A DNA stretch of 64,000 nt from Mytilus californianus (Eukaryota). The DNA is taken from positions 67,580,001 to 67,644,000 of the forward strand of contig NW_026262701.1 in assembly GCF_021869535.1 (NCBI RefSeq). Reading direction: 5' to 3'. A program made the translations under genes and the position numbers. This document shows positions 26,590 through 38,100 of this stretch, in pieces (the stretch's first letter is position 1; each line of letters starts with the position of its first letter). Under the pieces are notes generated by a model, which ran no database searches, had not been told where the DNA came from, and was given only the letters and a program-made list of their open reading frames with translations.

Positions 26590-26755
26590 TCTTCGATTCC
26601 CTTTGAAAAGACTGCTACTCAGAATTTTCTTGCTGGACTTTCCGTCGTAGTGAGGGAAAGTTAGCCCGGATGTTGGAAAAACGTAACGTCATAATCTGAA
26701 CGTCTTCTTGTTGGACGTTGGAAAAACAGAAGAAGAGGCAGAACGTCACAGGTAA
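26590..26755 (-). promoter_or_regulatory. Conserved 5'UTR/promoter block of paralogue B
   Basis: Homologous to 14790-14935; TGACGT half-sites at 26686-26691 and 26743-26748. Confidence 0.55.
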
Positions 26756-28979
26756 TGTGATTTTTAATTGGTTGGTACCGTGTACAATACTTTTTGAGTG
26801 TTTAAAGAAGTAAGTTTCCTCTTTGATAGCTCAATAGTTTAATGTGCATTGGTCAGAAGGATGTTTACTGGTCCAAGCTAAAGCCAATTTACAGAAACCA
26901 AGCATTGCTGCAATACAGGAAAATTGCGTAAACCAATAAACGATTTAGATATTTTCAATTCAGCAAAATAATCTGGATTTTTTTAATACCATAAAAAATG
27001 TATTCTTATGGGCACACGTATTCATAAGCTTAGGTGGCAATTATTTTATACAGTTCAATTTGAAATGTCAGTAAAATTTGAATTTCATCTAGAGCTTAAA
27101 TTGAATAATTGGTTAATTAACAACATGTTCGACTATATCTTAGAGACACGGAAATTCACTTTGGTTTCAACAAAGCTGTTGTTGAATTTAAAATTGACGG
27201 TACCCATGCACTTGTAAAAAAATTTGTTAACATATTTATGTTATAATACCGAAGAATTCGTCTTCACTTAATTATGAAGTCGTCGAAAAGACAGGTCCGT
27301 TTAAATTCTGCTCTCTGTGTATTTAACACTATGTACTTTTTTCAATGAACAGAATGTAGTCAAAAAACTTATCTAAGAAGGAAAATTGCGAGTTCGTTTG
27401 GTGTTCTTGTTGTGGTATAATATTTTTGTTGTTTTTATTTTTGTCTCTTTTTTCCGTAATTTTACATTTATGTTTTAGATTTTAAAAACAAAACAAAATA
27501 CTTGATAGGTGACTCGAGAAACACACCCCCCCCCCCTTTTCAGTCTCACCTTTAAATTACATCAGTCTTTATACCGCTTGATTCATTGTCGAATATGTTT
27601 GCCTACAAACTGCGTGCTCTCTATTACCGAGATATATCCACGAAGGACGGGAAAAGCAATCGTTTGCCGAGCGAAATGGAGCGCAATTTGCATAATCTTA
27701 ATTAAGTACATGTGTATTTCATATTAGTCTTCAAATTTTAATGAGTTTCATCAACTGTATCCGCTTTCGAAACCGCAAATTATAAACAAACAGAATACAA
27801 ACGTACCTGGACGCATAATTCTGACTCCGAGTCGACCAGTCTTTGCCTTTACTAAACCGTTAACCCTCAATCTGTAACTCAGCATTATGCACTGAACTTC
27901 ATGCGAAAACTCAGCAGAGGGCACGTCTGATACAATAAAGAACATTTTGGAAGCCAAATACATTTGTGAGCAACAAAACAGATTTTTGTTATGATATATG
28001 TAAAATATGAGATAACAAGTCTGTTTCGACAAGTGCTGTCGACATGAAATTAAGAAGATGTGATACGATTGCCAATGAGACAACTCTCCACCAGAAAGGT
28101 CACCGTCCGGCCTTCATCAATGAGCAAAAACTGTATATCAAGCTAAATAAAAGGCCCCGAACAAATGTAGCAATTCAAATGAGAAAACTAGCGGCCTGAT
28201 TTATGTACAAAACAGTAAATGAAAAACAAATATTATATACAGCAACAAACAACAACCACTAGATTATGAACAGGCTGCTGACTTGGGATCATGTTTCCTA
28301 ACGCCAAAACCTCTCCCTAACTGACCTGGGACAGTGGTGTAACAGTACAACATAAGAACAAACTATAAAAAAATACTGAGTTGCATGAACATGTCCGTCA
28401 TTCCGAAAGCTAACAGTTGTTGTCTAGAATTTTTCTTTATGTCTGCAGATATTGTTTAGTTTTAAGCGTTAAATGACTTCATACGGAATTACGACCCTTT
28501 GACTTTAAATTCCAGGAAAATTGTACTCATCGGGCCTTTTGTGTAATTCCTTCAGATCTTTATTTATACCCATCACAAAAATAACCAGAAGTTGAGGATG
28601 AATATGTTTTGTTTTTTGTTGAATTGGTAAATTATTAAATAAATAACGAATTGAACAACAACAAAATTTTCAATATTTTAATTTCATTTTATTTTGTATA
28701 TTACCAAGGCTTTTCAGCATCATTTTGAGCATGGCGATTCAGTCTCTATTTTTTTAAATAAAACCTTTATTAATACATTAAACAATCTGGGTCTCACTAA
28801 TTAGCGTCAAGTTTGTTAAATGAATTAATAAAGGTTTTATTTAAAATATTGGTGGTCTTTTTCGTAGACACTAAGTTAATCATTTCAGCATGTTCAGAGA
28901 CATATGATACAATATCATATGTCTCTAATCATTTCTATAGTAAAAACTCTCCTTTAATACGTTTTTTGAGCTGGTATTA

Positions 28980-29095
28980 TAGACGGTCCAAGGTGACAAA
29001 TAGACGGTCCGAGTTGACTTATTTGACAGTCCGAGTTGTCTTTGTAGACGGTCCGATATGTTTTCGGGCCGAGTTGTCCATCCAAACACACCTAA
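28980..29095. repeat. Short imperfect tandem repeat (gacggtccgagttg-like) just upstream of PFDN4 exon 1
   Basis: About five copies of gacggtcc/ccgagttg within 115 bp. Confidence 0.6.
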
Positions 29096-29149
29096 AGTTG
29101 CACGCGTTTTTCTCCCCGTACCTATTTTTCTCTACATTCTGAACTCGTC

Positions 29150-32100
29150 ATGGCAAGCCCAAACAAACCCAAGGTATTGTATCAACAAGGACATATAAAA
29201 ACCATTGTTTTTCTACGTCTCTGGTAACAGCATTAGTTTTAATTGGCGCATGTTCCTTTCTGATTTGTAAGTTTTTATAACCTGGGTTACAGAGCCCCAC
29301 ATTATATTATTACAAATTTGTTTTTTTCCCCACCATGTTTTATTAATCTGTTAATTAAGTGAAGTATTTTTTCATTTGCATCATCAATTCCAATTCAACC
29401 TCCAGACAAAGATTGAATTGGGGTTTTTCACCACCAAGCTCCTAAATATTTGGGCTTTTACACCAAAACATTCCTGTTGGTGCTGTACTAATAGTAATTA
29501 CGTTTTTGTCAAACCATTTGTAAGTGTTCTCCAAAAGCAAATAATGTGGTATGGTGTATGAACTGGTGTCTGTTGTTTAAAGGGGATACAAATTTTGATT
29601 ACGGGCAAATGATTTAAAAATTCAAAACAGGGACCCAGATCAGCTATTTGATCAGGTCTCAGTAGATTTCCAGAAATTTCCCAAAAAAAGATGAATTATG
29701 TGACAACAATTTATCAACTTGAGTAAATTACACACTCAGCAGCAGCTGCTAAAAGGGTTGAGAATCAACATGTAATTAGGTTCTCAGGAGACTTCAGAAG
29801 TCTATGCAATGTTTTGATCAATACAACATGGTCTGTTTTAAAACATCAACTTCTTCTTCCGGGTAAGGAACCGGATTCAATATTTGAATGTACATAGTTC
29901 CCCGCGAAAAACTTTGGGCACTGTCGGGCAACACAGAAAGTTCTCTCTTGGCTATTTACATTTAAAATATTCGCAATATTTTAACAATTAAAACTATGTA
30001 CATATCGGTGTTGCCTATTTCATTTCAGAGCATGCCTTCAAGGCAGCTCTGAATCCTTTAACTGTGTTGGCTGATGATATTGATATTAGTAGGTTATTCC
30101 AATCCCTGATGGTCCTTGGGAAGAAAGATTGGCCGTAGGCATCTGTACTGGTTCTTTCTTGGTAGAAGCGGTTTTAACCTCTGGTCCGGTTATCGTTTGG
30201 AATCAAATATTATTGACAATCTAGGTCTATATTAGATCATGCAGGATCTTGAATAGCATGCATAATCTCTTTTTTTGCTCCACCTAGGGGCATTATGTTT
30301 TTCGGTCTGTCCATCTGTCTGTCTGTCCCGTTTCAGTTTTTGGTCAATGTAGTTTTTGATGAAATTGAAGTCCAATCAACTTGAAAAAACTTAGTACACA
30401 TGTTTCCTATGATATGATCTTTCTAATTTTAATGCCAAATTAGAGTTTAGACCCCAATTTCACGGTCCACTGAACATAGAAAATGATGGCGCAAGTGGGC
30501 AGGTTAAAGTATTTAGTCAAGGTAGTTTTTGATGAATTTGAAGTCCAATCAACTTGAAACTTAGTACACATGTTCCCTATGATATGATCTTTCAAATTTT
30601 AATGCCAAATTAGAGTTTTGACCCCTATTTCATGGTCCACTGAACATAGAAAATGATAGTGCGAGTGGGGCATCTGTGTACTATGGACACATTCTTGTTT
30701 TTCTCTGCTCTTCAAGGCTTTCCCATTTTAAAGTTTTGACCATATTTGTGACACAGCCAGGTGTTCGGTCTGTGTAAGACCTATTGGTGGCCTTCGGCTG
30801 TTGTCTGTTCTTTGGTCGGGTTGTTGTCTCTTTGACATATTCCCCATTTCCATTCTCAATTTTATTCACAAATCTTGCTGCTCTTTTCTGTACTTGTTCT
30901 ATTGCCTTGATCTTAGTTTGGTTTGATGGATCCAATATTATGCATGCATATTCCACTGCAGGTCTTACCATGGATACATATGCAGCCACTTTTACAGTTT
31001 TGTACAGTCTTTTAAATTTCTGCGGATGAAGCCTAGAGTTCTGTTTCCTTTGCCAACTGTATCGATACTTGTCGATATGTTTATTATACATGTTATAGGT
31101 AATAATGTTTACTGATTGTTGCTCTTAGGTATTTGCTGGCTTTAACTGTCTCTTGGGTATGACAGTGGAGTTTGTAAGTTGTGTATCACTGCACGGTTTT
31201 TCAGTGATATTCTTAAAACAAGGCATTTTTAGACGTTGAAACTCATTTGCCATTTATTTTCCCAATCTTTCAGTGATGTTAAATCTTTCTGAAGAAAGTC
31301 GCTCTCTGCTTGGTTGGTGGTGGTTTCGATAGAGTAAGCTGTCATCAGCAAATAATTTGGTCTCTGATGTTGTTGCTGTTTCTAGCTTGTCATTGATATA
31401 GGCCGGGAACAGTATACGTAATGTCCAAGAACTGTGCCTTGGGGTGGTACACCAGAGAGTACTGGTACTTGCGTGGAGACAGCTCCCTCTAGTATGACAC
31501 TCTGCTTTCTGTTAAGTAGGAAGGAGCGTATCCATCTGTTGGTTTTAGGATTTATGCAGTAATATTCAAACTTGTGAAGTAGGCAATGAAGTGGCACCTT
31601 GTCAAATGCTTTTGCAAAGTCTAGTAGGATATCTACTTGGCAGTTACTTTTTAATTTTGATGCATTGTCTTCGATCGTTAGGATAAGTTGGGATTTGCAA
31701 GATTGTCTTTTATGCGAAGCCATGTTGTGCATTAGTAAGGATTTAATTTCTGTTGAAATGGTCCATTATGTTACTGTGTTCTAAGACCTTGCATGTGATG
31801 GATGTAAGAGATACTGGTCTGTAATTAGGTGCTAAGTGCCTTTCATCTTTTAATTTTTGAAAAGTGGGACTACATTTACATCTCTTCAATCTTGTGGGAC
31901 ATCGCCAGTGTTCAGTGATGTTTGATACAGGTCTGTAAGAATGGGAGCAAGTTGTTCTGCTGCTGCTTTTAGTATAAAAGATGGTATTGAATCCGGACCA
32001 GTTGCTTTATGTGGTTTAAGATTTTTTAACAATTTGCGAACTCCATTAGTGCTAATTTTAATATCCTTTATGGTGGAATATGGACTTTCTCCTTTTATTT

Positions 32101-35100
32101 GGGAAGTTATTAAGGTTTTCTTTGGTAAATACTGACTGAAATTGATCATTTTTATATGTCAGCTTTGCTCTTATTGTCACTTTGGAGAAATTCCATTTTA
32201 TTTTTTAATGGTGCAACTCCTGTCCATTCTTGGCCTTTGCTCTTGATGTATGACCAGAATTTCTTAGCGTTGTCTTTATAATCAGAGCTGACTTCCTCCA
32301 TGTACTTCTTATTTGCTTGCCTGATTTCCCATTGTACTTCTTGTTGTAATCTCTTATACCTATCCATGTCTCTTTTCTTTTTAGTTTTTTTCTGGCCTTC
32401 TTGTGGGCTTTTTGTTACTGATTTTTTTGCATCTAATAGTTGTATTTATCCATGGATGGTAGTGTCTTCCTTGAGTCATTTTTGATGGTGCTCTATTCTC
32501 TATGGTGGTTTGTATGGCCTTTTTAAATGCCTACCACATCTGTCTCTGATGTTTTTGAATGTTGGTATAAAAGTTTGAAGATCTTCCTTTATTTTGTGTA
32601 TTTCAGCTTTTTTCCATATATGTATATTTTCCTCCTGACTGGTTTTGGTTTTACTGGTTTACATGCCATATCTAGTAGGACAATGTCATGGTCGCTGTTT
32701 CCTATCATGCCTATTGATGGTAAAGGTTTGCATCTTAATTTGAATGATGGGTGAGAAGTAAGCCTTAGGTCCAACATGTTCTCTTTACGTGTTGGGAAGT
32801 CCATAATTTGTTCTAGCCCGTTGTCGGCTACGATCTCTAGGAAAGCCTGGTTGATCTTGGTGGGATACTGTCTATGGTCTATTGTTTGTTCTCAATTTGC
32901 CTGTGTGAAATACTAGGCAGGTGCATAGAAAAATCATGATACAACTTTTCCAACCTCCACATTGAAACAACTATCCCAAATTTCTTCTATTTTCAATAAG
33001 CCATTGTACTGATTGATGATTGTTGGTTGCTTAACCTGCAGTGGGAAATATTTCATGCATGGTGATGTTCAGGACGATTCATTGTACTGTAGTGTGTGGA
33101 TAAAATATAAATCTACTACAAAACATCAGCAGTCCTTTGTACAACAGTTGAAATTTATTGGCTACCGGACACATAATCCCCAAAGGAATTAAACCTAAGA
33201 CAGTGGGAAGAATATTATGGTTCATCATATTTGACAAACATGGCCTTATTTTGCAATGCCAAAAGTACGGTTCGTAGTAAATGGATTTACCTAAGGATTT
33301 GTATTATATAAATAGTAAGTCTTACTTTACAAATACTTAGATACCCCAAAACACCCAAGGATAAAGAAACACAATCCAAACAAATGGAATCACTTAAAAA
33401 TAACCCCCAAATGTCATATGACTGTAATAGAGGTTTTTGTGTTCATAGATTGTGCACTAATTGACAAATACATGAACCCCATGTCTCCATTTAATCATAT
33501 GAAGTAAAGAGAAAAAGTGATATCTGTTTTAGTATTTCGTATATATAATATAATTCAAAGTCTTTTTATTTTTAAAAGGATAAAGACATAAAAGTAACTT
33601 TCGAAGACCAACAAAAGATTAATAAATTTGCCAGAAATAATGCAAGGCTTCAAGATTACAAAGAAGAGGTGAAGAATAAAAAGGTAAAAGTACAGTCATG
33701 ATAGTACTATATATGCTCCATTATTGACTCAAATATACAACAGTCAAAAGTTACTAATGTTGACCTGAAATTTTCAATCAATGTTTGTTTATGTCATGTA
33801 TGTGGTCAATAATATTGCATATTACAAGTGTCAGACATTGGGAAATTGAAATTTTTTATGGTAATTGACTGTAATTAAATACAATTTTGCATTTACATGT
33901 AATTGGAATTTGTAATTCGTTTTTTATACGACTGCAAAAAATTTTTTGCATCATATAATGCTATGATGTTGTCGGTGTCCGAAGACACATTTGGTTTCCG
34001 GACAATAACTTTAGTTTAAGTTAATGGGTCTATATGAATTTTTACCAGAAGGTTCAATACCACAAAAGGAAGGTTTTGATTGATTTTGGGGGTAATGGTA
34101 CCAACAGTTAAGGAATTAGGGGCCAAAAAGGGACCAAAAAGAAGCATTTTTGTAGTTTCGGGACAATAATTTGTGTGTAAGGGTATGGATCTCTCTGAAA
34201 TTGTACCACAAGGTTCCATATCACAAAGAGAAGGCTGGGATTGAGTTTGGGGTTAATTGCCCCAAATGTTCAGGAATTAGAGGCAAAAAACAAACATTTT
34301 TCTAGTTTCCAGACAATAACTTGTGTTTAAGTGTATGGATCTCTCTAAAATTGTACTACAAGGTTCCATACCATAAAGAGAAGGCTGGGATTGAGTTTGG
34401 GGGTAATTACTCCAAAAGGGGGGCTGGGGGTTAAAAAAGTTGGGGGGATTTTTTTCCCAATTTTTTTAGGGAGGTTCATTTTTTTTCTTAAAAAATTTTT
34501 GACATTTCAAATTTTTGAAATCTTCAATTGCACAGTATTGCGCAATAGCAAGAAATCTTCAATTGAACAGTATTGCACAATATCACAGTATTGCGCAATA
34601 GCAAGAAATCTTCAACTGCACAGTATTGTGCAATAGCAAGAAATCTTCAATTGCACAATAGCACAGTATTGCGCAATAGCAAGAAATCTTCAATTGCACA
34701 GTATTGCACAATAGCAAGAAATCTTCAATTGCACAGTATTGCCCATTAGCAAGAAATCTTCAATTAAAAAACAAATACAAATGTTTTAACCAATTTCGAT
34801 GGGATTAATGTAAAGTCTTTAATTTTTGGGGGTTCTAACCTTGTGTAATTTTTTTGGATATTGGGCCCCATTTTTAAATTGGTCTACACTGAAGTCAATA
34901 GGGTCCAAAATTAAACTTTGTTTGATTTCATCAAAAACTGAATTATTGCAGCTGTATGATTTGCTGAATCTTAATTGTGCATTTAGATTTTTTTTTTTGG
35001 ACCCTGTGTTCAAATTAGTTCATATTAAGGTTTGAATGGTCCAAAATTAAACTTTTTTTGATTTCAACTAAAATTAAATTATTGGTGTTTTTTTATATGC

Positions 35101-38100
35101 TGATTCTAACCATGTTGTTAGATTTTGGATATCAGACCATTCTAGGTAAATTAAATGTCCCATTTCAAATTTTTAAGATCTTTCACCACATTTATTTTGT
35201 GTCAGAAACCTTTTTTATGTCAAAAATTTGATCACAATCCAAATTCAGACAGTATCAAGCTTGAATATTGTGTCCAAACTTGCCCCAACTGTTCAGGGTT
35301 CGACCTCTGCGGTTGTATCAGGCTGCGCTCAGCGAAGCATTTTATTTTTAATTACAAGTAATCGGTAGTAACTAATTGAACAAATTGCCTGTAAGTGGTA
35401 AATGCCAATTAGTTTTCAATTACATCTGTTTTGGTATTTAGCTTCTATAAACAAAAAATAATTGTTAAATAAAATGAATGTTTATATACTTGACCATACT
35501 TTAAATTTAGAAAATTTTCCTCCAGAAAATTGGAAAATAATAGATCACCTGCAATGAACGTGAAGAAATTTTTTCACATATGAATCTGAACTCTAAAACA
35601 TGTATCATGTTGAATATATAATAATTTTGATGGAACTCATAACCAAATTTTTTTTTTTATTTAACTGCTATTTATTATTAACCACAATTATTATCCAATT
35701 TTGTGAATTAACGGCAAAGATCAATCAAATCATTTAACATGTACAGGTGTTTTTACTGGTCAAGAGTAAGACAGTAATGGCCAACAGATTCCAAGTTCCT
35801 GTAATATTTTAGTCAGCCAATCTTGGTTTATGTCACCACTCCTGATTGTAAGATTGGACAGAATTCTGAACCAATGCATATTTTGAATACAAAATGAAAT
35901 GCATAAATTATAAGATATGATCTGCAACTAACTTTTTACTTGAAATTTACCCTCATTTTGGGTAGAATCCCAGTAGAATACTTATGTTTATTCTGTCTTT
36001 ACTCTTGGGCAAGATTATTTATATTCAGTTCTTACCAAGCCATCATTTTCATTTCCAAAATTCTCCTGGTTTTCATAAACATGATATAGGTCCAACTATA
36101 GTACAAGAATTTGAAATTAATTTGGTTTATGAAAGTTGTGGGAAGATATTTGAGAGGCATGTTTTCAACAAGAGTCTCTCAATCGCTCACCTGTTATTTT
36201 TTTTGCTTAAATCTTTCATCAATGATTAATTTTGCTTTTTACCCATATGTTCCATTTTAGCCATAGTGTCTATGTTTCTTGACGTACAAGGAAATGAAAT
36301 ACAAAATTTATACTAGATTCATTTGAGAAGATTTTTAAAGTTAAAAAACATAAAACAACTTGTGTAAAATTGTCCTTAAAGGGCAATAACTCCTTAAGGG
36401 GTCAATGGACAATTTTGGTCATATAAAACTTTTTTGTAGATCTTACTTTGCTGAACATTTTTGCTGTTTACAGTTTATCTTTATCTTCAATAATATTCAA
36501 GATAATAACCAAAAACTGCAAAATTTCCTTAAAACTACCAATTTAGTGGCAGCAACCCAACAATGGGTTGTTCGGTGTGTTTGAAAATTTCAGGGCTGAT
36601 CGATCTTGACCTTTTGAACATTTTTATCCCTGTCAGATTTGCGCTAAATGCTTTAGTTTCTGAGATATAAGCCAAAAACTGCATTTCACCCCTATGTTCT
36701 ATTTTTAGCCATGGTGGCCATGTTTGTTGATGGATCAAAATTTCGGATACAATTCATAAACTAGATTCCTAAAGGAACATTCATTCAAAGTTAAGAAGTA
36801 TTAGGCACAATAGTTTCAGAAGAGAAGATTTTTAAATGTTAGCAAACTTGATGAACACATTGCGTAAAATTGTCTTTAAAGGGCAATAACTCCTTAAGGG
36901 ATCAATTGACAAATTTGGTCATTTAACTTTTCTGTAGATCTTACTTTGCTGAACATTATTGCTGTTTACAGTTTATATCTATCTATAATAATATTCAAGA
37001 TAATAACAAAAAACTGCAAAATTTCCTCAAAACTACCAATTTAGTGGCAGCAACCCCCGGTGAGCTAAAAATGAGAAAAATATAGGATTTACTGATATTA
37101 AATGCATTGCCAAGAAAAAAATCAGAGGTGTAACAAAATATAATAAAAACTTTACAAGTGAGTATCTTAGATCCTTTCTTTAATTCTGTATGCTTTTTAA
37201 CTGGTTCTGACCACCGTAGTTTGATAAATTTTGATAAACCAAAAGTATATTATACCCCCATATCCATTCAAAACATTGACTCAGCATTATCCATTAATAT
37301 GGATTCATTTATTTTCATGGGTACCAATTTTCATAAATTGATGAAAAATTGTATTTTAGCAGAAATTTCATTTCATGGTTTTGCCAAAATCTGCATAATA
37401 GAAATCTTTGTAAAAATAAAATAAAAATTTGCTATTTGTTGAATTTTTAAATTTGTGGTTAACCTATACCTATAAATCCATGCAAACTGGTATCCCACGA
37501 ATAATGAATCTACGGTAAATCATTTGAAAAACAGAATCTACCACATTACTCTGTTGATTACAATATTTATCGATGTTCCCACTTTCTGTATCACTCTACT
37601 CAGCTCTTCTAGAATTGCATATCACTGCTTTGTGACATCAAATACATTAGCCCCGACATATCACTGACAATTCATCTTCCATTTGCTGTTGAAACAAAGA
37701 AAAACACTTGTTTCTATCATGCAAAATACGCAAATACAATCCAATAAATCGATTATTAGATTTTCATCATATTCATATTGTAAAATATCAGCTTCATATT
37801 GTGACTAAATGTGACTCGCTGTTGATATTTTACAATATCAATATGCAGACAACCTGATAATAGGCATGTATCTTCTCTGGATTGTTAATTGTAAACCTGA
37901 GATTTTAAAGTTTGAAAATTTAACTATCTGGAGTAGATATATTTCAATATCAATGGATTGGTGAGGAAGAATATATATTGAATTTTTTGTGTGTAATAAA
38001 GTTTTTTAATGCTATTGAAAAAAGTATAATCTTCCAACATGTTTTTGTAGAAAGAGCTTCAAAATGTGGAGGATGCTGAAAATGAGCTTTTGATGAGAGA

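Noticed and set aside
34520-34765. CRISPR-like array (35-bp period)
   Set aside because: Head-to-tail repeats without unique spacers, eukaryotic context, no cas genes.
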